A stretch of 64,000 nucleotides of DNA, taken from the NCBI GenBank assembly GCA_965153455.1, contig OZ234493.1, positions 7,740,213-7,804,212 of the forward strand, in the 5' to 3' direction. The translations under genes and the position numbers were made by a program. Of this stretch, positions 1-13,640 are shown one piece after another. The notes under the pieces were generated by a model. It was not told the origin of the DNA. It ran no database searches and worked only from the letters and a program-made list of their open reading frames with translations. How positions within the stretch are numbered: the first letter of the stretch is position 1; every line of letters starts with the position of its first letter. This DNA is from Sphagnum compactum (lineage: Eukaryota).

Positions 1-34
1 CTGGTGTCCATGTCAATGGGCTGTGGGTAAACAG

Positions 35-2671
35 GTCATAGACAAGTCATTTGGGTTTGACACAGCAGTGGAGGAGGCTCAACGTGCAATCAATGCAGCT
101 CATGTTGAAGCTGGGAGTGCCCAGAATGGTATTGGTCTGGTCAAGCTTATGGGTCGCTACAGTGGTATGTGAACCTCTTGTCCCTTTCTGTTCCATTCCT
201 CTGTTATGGGTGCCTGCTGAGGCATCTTTAGACTTCTCAGAAAATCCCCTTGGCTCTTCTTCAAGTGAAACTGAATGGTTCTTTGTGATACAAAACTAAT
301 ATGTGAGTGTTTTGTTCCAGGATATATTGCAATGTACGCCACGCTGGCAAGCCGTGATGTGGTAAGACATTTCTTATTTGGTTTCTTCTGGATATACCCA
401 ACTACTTTTTCTTCTTTGTCATCCCCTTCTCCTTCTATGATATTTAGCAGTTCACCTCCAGGATTGTCCCCAGATCTCAGAGAGTGGACATAATGTAGTT
501 AGTACCTACCTGTTCCGACAATGGGATACTGGAACATGCTCTTGCTGTTTCTTCTTTCAGGGTTTTCCTGGGCTTGACTGGATGTTACAGTTCTCACCCT
601 TCTGCTAAATCAGCACAAGGAATAGTTACTGACTAGATACTGATTAGATGTTCTTGGGGATGGGTGGTGAGGATGCAGGACTTATGTTTGATCCCAGAAG
701 TGCCTTTCTACTTGGAGGGACCAGGTGGGCTGTACGAGTTTGTAGAGCAGAGACTACATGAGAGTGGGCACATGGTGATTGTTGTGGCTGAGGGTGCTGG
801 CCAGGAGTTAATTGCAGAGAGCATGGGTTCTCATGACAACCTTGTTGATGCGTCTGGAAACCCCTTACTTCTGGACGTTGGTCTGTGGCTCTCTCAAAAC
901 TTGAAGGTGTGCCTGCTTTTGATTTCCATTCCACCTATTGGTGCAAGCTTCATTTGTGAAGTCTCTGCTTGTGCCATCCAGACTCACTAGATGGCTACAA
1001 TATGGCCAGTGTAGGAAGACTGTTGTCCAAGCATGCATTCCATGTGGCACCAGTTGTGCAAGGGGAGCTCACACATGAATTCTTTAGCATGCTTGATTTG
1101 CTGGAATCATTCTGTTGTTGACCACTCTGGACTGTTTCAAGAGGGAAATTTGTAACAGCATCAGAAATATGATGCAACAAAATTGTCTGAGACCGTGAAC
1201 CAGTAACTCTCCTCTCTTTCACTTGATATAGTTAGTGCCAAGAACAACTGACTGGCTAGGGGCACTCTTTTGTTGTACTGCAGAGTTACTTTGCCAAGGC
1301 TCATCCCACTTTCAAGGAGCCTCTCACTTTGAAATACATAGGTATCAGCAATGTTCATACTGTTACCTATTTTGCTTCTGTGGGTAGTAAGTAAAAGCTT
1401 GTGACATGCTGTAGAATGACAGATTCTTCTAATACATACAGATCCAACATACATGGTGAGAGCCATTCCTAGCAACGCATCTGACAATGTCTACTGCACT
1501 CTATTGGCTCATAGTGCCATCCATGGTGCAATGGCGGGCTACTGTGGTTTCACTGTGGGCCCTGTGAATAACCGCCACTGCTACATTCCTATCCCGGTAT
1601 GTGTTCAATACAGGAACACTTGTATCTTCAAGCAAAAGCCTTCAATGTCGAAATGTACTTTTGTTCTCAGCAAGCTGATCTTATTGTGTTACCAAAAAGT
1701 TTCCTGTGACCTTCCAGGCAGGTATTTGATATATTACAATCAAGGAGAACACGCATTTTCTCTCCATCTTCATCTTATTGGTTGTCTGACGGCCTGGTAC
1801 ATTTTGCAGAGAGTTGTAAGGACACAACGGCATGTGAATGTGTCTGACCGCATGTGGGCTCGTCTTCTATCTGGGACAAATCAACCTGACTTTTTGCGCT
1901 ACGAGGTAGTTATGGAGGAGAGGCGAAGAACAAAGGCCTTGAAGCAAGCTGAGAAAAAGGAGGAAAATGTGCCCGAGCAGATTTCAAAATCTCCTCCAGT
2001 GTCTCCTTCTCAGAATTGTCCATTGACAGTAAGAGCATTCAACCCAGTCAGTTATGTTACTGGTTATCAGAATCTGTTCTTTCCTTGAGATGAAGTTCAA
2101 AGATCAAAAGATCTGAGTAGCTTGCTCATTTTCCAACAGATCTAACGATTGGAAGGAATAATTGGGCCTCTCTTTCATCCTCTAAGGTTGTCTTGCTCTC
2201 AGGCCTTCAAGATCATGGTAGACATATCAAGGAATCTAGACTTCTTCATACTTCCTCTTTGCCTTCCTATGAGGCTGTCACCTTCTCTGTCCTGTTGCTT
2301 TTCTTGACGTCTGTATTCTTCACTGATGCTCTTTCGGTGTTCCTGTTCTGTTTGCTCTGTGAGTCTGAACCAGACTTGGATGGCAGTAAACCTGGCATTA
2401 GCTGTTGTATTGTTGAGAAAATGTCTGCTTTGCCTTGTCTCCATGGTTCTCTTCTGCTGTTTTGTTCTTTTGATGAGCTTTTGGCATGTGCAATTTTGTT
2501 GGCCAGGATGTGGATAGCAATGGTAGTAATGTCACGAAGCAGATGAAGGATGATTCAACAGCTCAAATTTCCACAGGTGACAGGCAGTTCTTCCCCGCAA
2601 CAGGCTACCCCTTGGTGACTTCTCCTGTACCAGGGGATCCAACAGCAAATTTTGACCAGGAGACTCCTTAA
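35..2671 (+). CDS. PFK: ATP-dependent 6-phosphofructokinase (plant PFK family), 3' portion; 5' exons lie outside the window
   Basis: Phase-consistent GT-AG exons 35-164, 321-361, 679-906, 1284-1341, 1442-1596 and 1810-2028, plus a probable terminal exon 2507-2671. They translate to [102 protein letters not shown] and [14 protein letters not shown], all hallmark plant PFK motifs. The terminal exon choice is less certain. Confidence 0.93.
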
Positions 2672-3984
2672 AACAGCAATCGTTGCAGAGGAACTGAATA
2701 ACATCATAGACTTCAACCTCACTAAGAGCAGCAACGAGTTTGGTCATGAGAGACAACAAAGGTGTTAAAATCCAGAGTTGAGACTCATGGCATCCCTATA
2801 GAGGTCATGACAATTTGACACATGATGGATACATCTTTGAAGCTTCAATGTTGTTTTAAGCAGTTGCTTTTTCTTGCCTGATGATTGCCTCATGAAGGAG
2901 CAGACTGGAACTACATTACAAATACCTTGTCTTTGATAGTTTATCTGGACAATTTTTCTTGCTGTTTTGGAGGCCTTCTTCTTCCCTTCATAATAATGTG
3001 CAAGCAATTTGTCAACTCTGTTGCAATTTTGGTCACTGTCTTGGTCTTTTCATGTTATGCACATGACTTTGTTCTATGATTGTGTTGCTTCTCTTATGCG
3101 TTGAAAGCAGACCTGAAAACACTGACATTTTCAAAGTAAAATATCTCAAAGAGAGTGAACTGTTGCAGTCTGTGAGTGTTTGGATTCTGGCACAGTAATC
3201 AAGGGGACAGCAAAGTCGACCACAAATTGCATCTTAAGGAGTGCAAAAAGTGTGCGTGTATGATGTTGTTTGGAATGCCTCACATACAGTGCAGACTGTT
3301 GTTTTCTCTATCGATCATTGAGCTGATCCCAACAGCATTACAGGTTCACAATTTTCCTGGCTGCCTCTGTTTCTTTCAATAATATTTGACAAAGTCTGTT
3401 GGATTTTGATTGATCTGGTTCAAAAAACAATTGTGAAGCTCTTGGAGTGTGTGTACTTTTGAAGAATCACCAATCTATTGTTTCATCTCAACACCTAAGG
3501 CAGATCCAGTGTCTAGTTTTCCGAATTGTTGTGCAATGGCACATCTTTCATCACAAATTGATGCACATAGATCAAGAACACTTCACATCTATGGAACACA
3601 ATTTCCTGAGATAAATGCTAATGATGTGTAGATGTCTTATGGAAGGAGGTGGCAGGGAATTGTCAGTTCCCGAATGTGTTCCTGAATGTGATCATTGACT
3701 GAGTTTCCATCTTTTCCAGGCTGTGGTATTCCATCCATAAAGCTCAGGAGGAAGCTCAGGAGGAGTGGCCTAAAGCCTTGGCACAAGTTCACAAGAGGTG
3801 AGGTATGTTTTCCTCCAAATGCAGGATCAAATTCCAGAGAATCTCAAACTAAGAAGAACTCAGGTCAGGAATAAAGTTGCACATTATTATATTAAAGCTA
3901 CTCAAACATTGGAAATGACCAATTATATACTTTCAAGGGGGGGGATGGTGTTCACTGTTCTACAATAGATGGTTGGGTGAGATA

Positions 3985-4475
3985 AAGTTTCATAACTATT
4001 ACATGAGTTCCACAATGGACTTGTTGATGCCATTTTGCCAAATGAATCACATCAGAAAATATTTTTCAAGAAAGCCCATGACTATATTCTTTAAATTGTG
4101 ACACATGTCAAGCCTCTGCAAATGAACCTACAGGAATTCCTCCAATATAGGATCCCATACCACCTTTGGGACCTTTGGGAAATAGGGAGTAGATGTGATG
4201 GGGGCATTTACTCATAGTAATAAAGGCATCAAATTCAATGTTGTTGCCACCAAGTACCTAACAAAACTTGTAGAAAATCAAGCTTTGAAGTCTTTTGTAA
4301 AATAAGAGGTGGCACAATTCTTAGATGAGCATGTAACCATGAGGTTTAGGCACCATTAGAGATTGTTCTAAACAATGGGCCTTGGTTCTTGAATGTAGTT
4401 ATGGAAGATGTATTGGTGTGTCAAATTCAAACATGGTACATCATCACTTATAAACCTTACCTCAACAACTTGATG
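3985..4475 (+). pseudogene. Decayed Ty3/Gypsy-type retrotransposon integrase fragment
   Basis: Manual translation gives FGK*GVDVMGAF..KFNVVATKYLTKLVENQAL, PLEIVLNNGPWFLNVVMEDVL and IITYKPYLNN. These match the integrase core pattern (PFxxWGxD..VAxDYxTKWVE..PxxIVSDNG..TxYxPxxN) but with stops and frameshifts. Confidence 0.75.
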
Positions 4476-4477
4476 AA

Positions 4478-4590
4478 AATGATGATTGGCCAATCAGAAA
4501 CAGGGAGCATCAATCAGAACATATTTACAACACTCTCTTCTCTGGCAAGTCTTCTCTGGCAGGTTTTACGCTTTGCTGCGCATTTAAAAA
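4478..4590 (+). mobile_element. Internal fragment of the Tourist-like MITE family seen at 17169-19292
   Basis: atgatgattggccaatcagaaacagggagca..catatttacaacactctcttctctggcaagt aligns with the internal region of the copies at 17330-17400 and 18355-18420. Confidence 0.75.
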
Positions 4591-6924
4591 GTTTTAGCAT
4601 CTGAAGCAATTATTCTAGAGCTAAGAATGAAGGGAGGGTTTCAATGGGTGTCAGTCTTTTGCTTAAGATTCAGACCTGGAGATCTTGCTGCATTTGCAGG
4701 TCTATCTCAGCTCCCCAATGGATCCTATTCAGTCGCACTTTGGCAGACCAACATGATTGTGTGGACTTTCAACCTCTTTTTCTTCCTTCTCTGTGTCTTC
4801 CTTCCCTCCTTAAGTGTTCAAGAAACATTACAAAATGCAAGAAGCTTCGATTTGAAGAAGCAATCAAAACTGAAGATAGTTAATTATATTTCTGGAGAAA
4901 TAATTTGTTTGCTTCTTTCTTTGGGCCACATTTTATTGTCTTGGAAAATTGAATTAATGTGTAATCTTGGGAATTTAATCAAAAAATAAATTAGTGAACA
5001 AGTGGATTCATCAGATTGTCCAAAAACAAAAAGAGACCATTTTGTCACATGAAAATGGTTACATAGTGCCATGACAATTTTCCATTCACCAAATTGTAGT
5101 GTTGTATACTTGTTCAACAAAGTGACTGCATCATTCTTCTTCTCAAGAGGACAATATAAATTTGCAGAAATTTGTATTTGGTGTACCATGCATTGCAATT
5201 TGCCATGTATATAATACTGGTGGAACAACTTGTAATTTTCAGACTGTCAAGATACCACACTTTATTGTAGCATTATACTTGAAGTATCTTTGCGCCATGG
5301 GCAATGATCAAGATGCACTTAATGCATCAAGTGTATCTTGCAACATTGTCTATAAGCATATGCTGCCTTATGTGAACAAAATCATCACCTACACACACAT
5401 AAATCGAATGATTGAAACAATCACTTTGAATGTGCTGAGTCATGTTCCTATCTTTTTTGGTGTGTTGGTCTTGCTTTCACCCCAATCTCAATCTGCGTTG
5501 CAGCTACCTACCCAATGTTGCAATCTTAAACATATTGTGGAACTTCACATGTCAGCTTGAGAAAGTAAAATCAACCTTCAAGGTGGCTGCAAGGTAGTAG
5601 GAAGGACATTTGATGATGTAAGATATTAAGGACTCAGTTGAGAAGCCAAAGTTCTATCTCTGACGTGTGTGGCGATCACAAAATTTAGCATTGGGCAGCA
5701 AATTCAATATATTTCATAATAGACTTATAGTGACAATCTACAAAGAGCCATTGGGATATATATGGTAAATGAGTTTATTTAACATCCATAATCAAGATCC
5801 AAAGTTCATAGTAGAATTAGTGCTTGCTTCCACCAAGACGAAGATGGACATAGCAAATTTGGACATGGCAGGTTCCAAACAAAATTCTATATCAGAGAGT
5901 ATATAGAACGGGTGACATGGTTACGTAATTTGTATGCAAAAATGAATTGGATAAAAAACTGCAGCATAGAGAGTTGCCCACCATTTCTTCGGCTATGGCT
6001 GACAGATTGGTTCCAAGTTCAAGCCAAAATTGTATTCCAAATCCCACACCGATGCAAAGTGTCTTTCGCTTTGAACAGCCAACAAAGTGACCATTTTATT
6101 CTACCAACTTCAACTGCAGCATTCAGAAGCATATCAAGATCTAACCTTCTGGATGATGTATCAACCACCCAACATGTCAATGTATTTGCTTGTCCACCAG
6201 TTCATATGGAAATATAAACAGATGTATGCTTAGTAATTCCATATCAGCGTTTGTTGGTTTTAAACCCTTCAGATTGTTCTGCTTTGCTTTGGTACAAGGG
6301 AAAGCTTGGTAAAATTTTGTCATGTTTTCAACCCAAAAAAAAAAACTGGGATTTTAAATTAAAAAAATTGGTAGTGTAAATTTGACTAATTTTGGTACTT
6401 TAGGGGAAATTTTGGCTAATTTTTTAATATAAATAGTATTGGAAAAATTTGAATTTTTTGGAGAATAAATGTGTATAATATATATTCTTTATTGTAGCAT
6501 GAGCTCATACATTTTGCTAACCGTGGGGGACACCAGGGGTTGGATATAGATCAAGTGGTGATCATCGATAAGATCGTTTAATCAAATTTTGGCTATAAAC
6601 GGGATATGAAAGTAAAAAAGTTTTAAGCATCCTTCACATTTTGGCTATGCATGCTAGAACCAAATAAATATTTTTTGACGATTTTCCAATTTAAATAAAA
6701 AGGTTGAAATTCAGTAAACTATAAAACAAAAAAAAAACACAAAGTTTTAGCCATTTAGAAAAATATATTTCACCACCTTGCTAAATTTAGCCAAGGAAAA
6801 AAAAAAAAAAAAAAACCCTGGTATTATTTGTAAAACCCTTTCACTTTGAAAACATAACTCCGAGCAAATTGGTAGTTTATTTGTAGGGAGGATTATTTTG
6901 AATTTACAAAAAGGTGTAGTAGGA

Positions 6925-7090
6925 GGGGGAGGGGCTCTTACACCTACTCCCTAATAGTGCGAGGGATCTTATACCTATAAGTAGGCATAATTTCCCTCTC
7001 ACTCCTAAGGCGTAGCCATAAAATAGCCCTCCTAGAATAAAAGAGGAGGGATATTCATGGATATAATAGTCCCCTCCAAATATATGATTT
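6925..7090. repeat. Dispersed repeat family (related copies at ~42665-42810 and ~48585-48730)
   Basis: Shared core tcttacaccta..taagtaggcataatttccctctcactc(c/t)taagg..gtag..ataa..ccctcc, with internal self-complementarity. Confidence 0.6.
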
Positions 7091-10000
7091 AGACGTTTAG
7101 GGCATAAAACATTCTAATTTTTGGTAGATGGGTAGACATACCCAGGGTTGGGGTGAGAAAAGGGTGTGTAATTTTTTAAAATTTATTTAGTAAGAATTTT
7201 TTTAAAAAGTTCGCACTTTGAAATTATTAGGATAGTTTTCAAATACAAGGGAATTTACTTTTCTTTTTTTTTAACCCTAATTGTGTATGAGTATTATCTT
7301 ACATATACCCAATAGGTTCAATAGATTTTTATTTTTTTTTGTTTTTCCAGATGTATATATTGCAAGTATGCCCTTCATTAGGGTATATTATTCCTCCTTC
7401 ATTAATTCATTGCTCTTGTTTAGTGTTTGCCGTACCAAATACACGATCCAAATATTTACCATAGTACTTGGGCCGGTTGAACACTAATTATTTTATTTTC
7501 AGAAATGTTGAAATTTCCCAAAAAAAGAAGATCAGAATTTTTTTTAAATGTTTTTTTTGAAGGAGAATAAAGAATCGGATGGAATATTTTGGAATATATC
7601 AAAATGGAATCCTCAAAAAAATTAATTATTTGACAGACATGTGTCTAAGTGGCCGAAGGTACTACAATACTCAAGTTCATGTACAGAGGTTGGTTTTTTT
7701 TTTTTTTCCTTTTTCCTTTTTTTTTCCCCCCGCTTTTTTCAGTTTTCTGATGTAGCATCAATGGCAGTTATCACAAAAAATATTTAGCCGTAATTGGTGT
7801 CATGTACTAAGGAAATTTTTTTGCAATTTTTTTTGCAAATTTTTTGTTGAAAGACATGCCATTTGCAACAGAACATACATAATTCCCTTTTAATCTTGGA
7901 GACCAAGATTATGTGAAAATTAGGCCTTTAAATAATCATTGCTCATGTCCCTTCCTTTGTTTCTCATGCATTTTTTGTTTGTCAAAAAGGTTCCCCATAG
8001 CAACCATTGGATGATCATTACTCACAAATATGGGATATATGTGGGATAAGTTTGGGAGATGGAAGATATGGCTGTCACTAGTGTTGTCTAGTTAGTTCCA
8101 TTATTTAATGTCACAACATCCTGATGGTAGAAACTTAATGTGCCATTACCTTATGTCAAATTGTCATTTTATTGTAATATATATGTCAGAATTAACATTA
8201 CATATTGTACATTGTAATGGATGAAACCACAAAGTATGCATCACACATTTGTCATGAGTCATGACTTTTGTGGGAGAAAATCACTTTTTTTTTGTAATGA
8301 ATTGAAATAGCTTGGAGAATGCGATTTGCTTTTGTGAGGGCATGTTGACGAATTTTTAGGCAATTTATGCCAATAAGGGTCTTTATCCATTAGGATGTTG
8401 ACAAATCTCCATGTATGTATTCATTTAATAGGTACATACCTATCTACTTAGTTGGTAATAGGTACATGTTTAATAGTTATAGTAGGTAGTAGGTGTGTAG
8501 TTGAAATTGGTACCTACTAAGTGATACAAGGATAGGTACAAGTTCCCTACCTCCTACTTCTATACAAGTAGATAGTAGGTTGATAAGGAGGTATGCATTT
8601 TGTCGTGCACTCCTAAGTTGGTGCCTATAATTATTGTTGTCACCACACTTACAAAACATAATATAGAGATACCTTAAATGGTACACCACATCCAAATCAA
8701 AATATGACTAAAGAGATCAATTTGAATCTTTGTGTATTTTTGTTCATTTACAATAACATTCATAAAGTTGCCTTGTTGTTTTGTTATCTTTTGAATTTGA
8801 ATCTATACGTTGTGTTTAGTTTGAAAATGCATGCATAAGAATTATGAGATTCATGTACACATGTTTTTTTAGAAATGTATATTTTGTCCATTAACAACAT
8901 GACGTAAAATCCTTAGTTTACTAACCTTCTGTATCAATTACCATTGCATCATTGCCATTTTCAACATCACACCCATCCACACATTGGCCACGTAACCCAA
9001 AATGTCATTGCTTAAAAACGGACCACTAACCTCAATTTAATTCTTGGAGTAAGGCAATGTATGGGCTTATTTGGGGGTGAGAGTGCAAGATGTGAATCTT
9101 TTAGTTGAAGGTGTGGTGATTGCAGTGGGGTGTTTGATTCACACACATTCTTGTCCATTTCCATAATACAATTGGAAATCATGGTTGTTGTAGGAATGAG
9201 AGCATCCATTTCGTCCCACAACATAATGTTGCGAGTTGCATCAAACTCTATTAGCACAATACAAGTCCTTGAGTTATTACAATGCAAATATATTTTAAAA
9301 GTCAAATTGTTTGAGCAATGAAGGCGGACAACTTATTGTAGACTGTAAACACATGGCACAAATCTAGATTCTCTTTCTCAACCATGACCTCCCCTCAAGG
9401 ATTTTGTAGCCATAGCTCAATCCTCAAATGGTTTCCTTGACCACAAAATGTGCCACATCTCCTTGTGTTGTTGCGCCCATTGCCAAAGAGTTGGATTGAA
9501 TGGAAAAACAATTCCATTCATTCCAATTCTTGTCTCCTCACATATGTGTTTAGTTCAATGGTTGTGAAAAATCGTCACATGTCAACGATGAAGTTTGCAT
9601 TATTTCTCCACCCACCAAAGTTGCAAGGGAATTTGGATTGTAACAACTGGAGTATAATCGAAACCATTTTACCAAAGCATTGTACGCCCAAATTGTCGAA
9701 TATATCCTAAGGATTCATGAGTAATTCAAGACCCAATTGTTTTAGAATTGTTGCCATTATAGGTTGAATTATTAGTGGAAGCATTGGAAAAAATGATTCA
9801 AAAAGACAATAGTATGCGAAGTCACCTATGAAGGTTTTCGTGATTTCTTGAGAATCCCAAAAAATTCAACCCATGGAAAAAAACAAGTTCACCCATTCGT
9901 CCTTTTCAGCTTGTATGGTGTGAAATGTCATCCTTCGTATTTTCAAAATTGGAGGAGGTAAGGCGTCGGGGAATATCATAAATGTCTCATTCAAGTAATT

Positions 10001-12959
10001 CCCTTACCAACGTAACTTTAACTAGACTAGACATTTGTTTATCTCCTCTTGTAATCCAATGGAAGTAGGCCATGAATCCCATATTTGATAGACATATGTG
10101 ATATTCTCGACAACATGGTGGAATTTTTACACCCAGTATTGTGAAAATAAACAAGATCACATTTGATATAAACAAATATATTTAGTCTAGGCATTTGATT
10201 CCCCCAAAATCATCTTAGGTTTCCTTCAGGGAATTGCTTTCCTCCTTATGGTAACTTCACGAAAAAAATAGTTCCTTGAGGCATCACAATAGATGTCTCC
10301 GTGGGGAATTGTTTTCCTCCCTAAATTAGCTCCAACGATAAAATAGTTCTTCGAAGCATCACAACAAATGTGGGTGTAATCACATTAATAAAAGCCACAT
10401 CAAGTGTAACGCATGTTTAGGTTTTCACGTTTAGAAGTGGTAATTTAATTTGGTGTTGAATATATATATATTTTAATATAGTAATAATATATCATTGGAA
10501 CATGTGAATTAATTTTAAAAATATCCAATGCATAAAAAGCTTTCAAAAACACTCATTAAACATTGTAACATGTGTTTTTTAGCACTAAAAAAACTTATGC
10601 ATAGACTTCAAAACTTCTGAAAATTACATATATTTTGAAATCTTTTACATAAACCTTGACATAACAATATATTAAAAAAAATTAAAAATTTGAAAAAAAA
10701 ATTTAGGACTTTTTAAAAAATATTCTAAAAAATATTTTCCCAAAAGTAGTTCTAGAAACAAGTAGGTTTGACTCATGTTATCTTGGTTGCACCCATGTTT
10801 CCTTGAAAAACTATTTTCCTCCTCGAGGTAGTTCTAGGGAGAAAACAATACCTCGTTGCATCACAACAGAAGTTTCCTTGAATAATTGTTTTCCTTCCCA
10901 GGGTAGTTTTTGGGAGGAAAACAATTCCTTGCACCTAAGAGGAATAACAAGGATAACTTTATAATTGTACCATTTTCTCGTTGGGAAAAGAAACCCCAAT
11001 ACCTCTAAATGTTTAAAACCCATGGCAACCCAACACAACAACCCATTTCTCCTCCAAGATATTAATAACACAAGTTTTCGGGGGTAATGCTGGTTTTTTC
11101 GAAAGTACCCTAAAATCCAACTTAAAATTAGGAAATGAAGACTTACTAACCAATTTTGGGCAACAAGTTCAAATTCATCATGATTGGTTTTTCCAATGGG
11201 CAAGTTCCAAAATGTCTGCACCCACTAGTGTTTGAATGCGTTAGATATTATTGCAATTGTTTCCAACCATATTTCACATCTACCATCGTAAAGAGAATCG
11301 CAGGTTGTAATCTTTTCCTCCCATGCCAATAAGGTTGAACTAAAGATGGATTGTACTAAACTCTTCCTTTCATATAAAAATTTAAAAAGGTCTATGGATG
11401 ATGTTTTCAATTTTCCACATACATTGTGGACAATAATTGAAGTCCAAATCTTTGGAACTCTCAACATCAAAAGTGTGTTGCAATTACCTTGTTTTTGTTG
11501 GTAAGGTGTTTAACACTATAACAACAATTCGATTAATGGATTTATGACATTGTTACACATATGCAAATGATTTTACAGCTCGTGCGTTCTTTTTTGGCAA
11601 TTGAATGATGTTGGGATGAAGTGGGGTTTTATGTGTGGTGGGATGGGTTGTAATGCCGAGGTCAAAATTGCTTTTCGCACATTACGTGCAAGCCTTGAGT
11701 GAACCTTGAAAGGTTGGACACACCTTGTTCCCAATTTAAAGATGGAAATTGCACATTTCCTTGAGGCTTGGGGGGTACAAGTGCCCAATTGCTTGTTGCC
11801 CCAAACATGCTTATAGTTTATAATTCCTTCACAACAACAGGCCACGACTTGTGATTATTGATGGCTTTCATGCCTAAGCATGGTGTTGTTAAAAAGTGTT
11901 GATTTAACTTAGGTGTGCTTCCCCACAAATTTTCACAACATGGGCGTTTGTACTCGGGTTGGCATTTGCTTGTTACCAATGTAGATTGCACCTTCAACGG
12001 CTTGTTGATCTTAACAACTTTCTATGCCCACTCCTCTAAAGTATACTAGAACAAAAGCCATTTAAATGTCAACATTATTTTGTTTTTCTCCTTCTCACGC
12101 ACCTCATGGCACCATCGTAACATTCCTTTTTATGGCGGTGGTGGAGTAAATTCTCGAATTGTGAGTCACAGGCCATTAATGATTCACCCCATCATTATCG
12201 TGTGTCTCCAAAATGAATTCCTCATTAAACATGGTTGCTAATGATGGAAAACAATGTTGAAAATGAACGAAATGAAAGAACACACTTTACAAACTAAGAA
12301 AAAAAAAAAAAAATACACACTGAAAATAAAAAAGACATCAAAACACAGTCAAAATATTATGTTGTGAAGAAGATGTAATTATAAAACACATAATCCAAAT
12401 ATTAAATAATAGAAAAAATGAAAGTTCAACTTGTGTCAAAAATAATTATAACAAGCAAAACGAAAAATTGAAGTAGCACATATTGTAATTGAAACACAAA
12501 GAATGGAAATGCAAATGCTTTCCCCATGCATCAATAACTTGGCGTCCTAGGCATGGAAGCATGGGAAGGCAAAACCTCTTTGATCATTTGACATGGTTTG
12601 AATAGTTGTGCCTTTGGCACATTGAAATAATTTAAATCCTTGGGCAACACTAAAAAGAAATCAACCATAGAAGGTGAACACGGGTTGTGGATCATACAAA
12701 CCTTAACCCAAAAGGGCACAAAAAAGAGCTGGGCAAATTTTACATGTGTCATCATCATGTCGTTATCACCATTATTCAAGTAATGTGGTGTTGAATTTAA
12801 TGATTATGCCTCAAATGATAGTTTTTTTTGTAACCATCGTCAATTTGATTCAGATCGTTGATGGAGAATGATAACTTTAAATCCCTAGTGATCACAAACA
12901 TTAATTTTTTTAATGAGTTCAAAATTCATGAAAATCTTAATTAATAGTACCGCTAAAAA

Positions 12960-13640
12960 GGGAGGGATGCAGCTAAGGAGAAGCATGTCCCTGAGGATGG
13001 ACAATGGTAGCGGACAAGGTGGACCCAAGGAAATGATGGGGGATGAGGAGAAGACATTCTTCAGGGAAAGGTGGGCTTGGGGAGAAGATGTGTCCCCAAG
13101 GGTGGATAGTGGTTGAGGAGAAGATGTGGGTCAGGGAGAAGACGATTTCTAGGGAAAAACATGTGTCCCTAGGGATGGAGGAGGAGATGGGGTCAGGGAA
13201 AAGGTGTTCCCTAGGGAAAAGGTGGGTTTAGAAAGGAGATGGGGCTATGGAGAAGATGTTTTTTAGGGAAAAGGTGGGCCCGATGAAATGATAGGGCCTT
13301 GGAGAAGATGTGCCCTCGGGGATGGATAATGGTTGGGGAGAAATTGGACTCTGGGAGAAAATGGGTTGGGGAGAAGATGTGTCCCTAAGGAGAAAATAGG
13401 GCTTCAGAGAAGATGTGCCCTCGAGGATGGATAATGGCTGGGGAGAAAATGGGTTGGGGAGAAGATGTGTCCCTAGGGAGAAAATGGGGCCATGGAGAAG
13501 ATGTGGCCTAAGGGTGAAGATGGGTTCAAGGATGGTTCCCCGGGAAAGAAATGGGGTTGGGGAGAGGATGGGCCCAGGGATGGTTCCTCGAGGAGGAGAT
13601 GATGAGCTCGGGGGGAAATAATCTAGCCCTAGAAAGAAGG
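12960..13640. repeat. Purine-rich degenerate minisatellite
   Basis: The motif ggagaagatg(tg)(t/c)ccc..(a/g)ggga recurs more than 10 times at irregular spacing, with strong G/A strand skew. ORFs here are low-complexity by-products. Confidence 0.75.

Noticed and set aside
3740..3770. aagctcaggagg (twice in tandem) equals the first 12 nt of miR390; possible MIR390 or TAS3-like locus
   Set aside because: The 3' half of miR390 does not match, there is no star arm or hairpin, and there is no convincing second site with a tasiRNA core. A simple 12-bp duplication explains it.
4884..5560. Possible Ulp1-protease or transposase relic on the minus strand
   Set aside because: Only a vague HxxxW-like pattern; cannot be supported without a profile search.
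8950..12250. Cys/His-rich decayed frames suggestive of a DNA-transposon transposase
   Set aside because: Probably TE-derived, but no diagnostic motif or terminus could be identified by eye.
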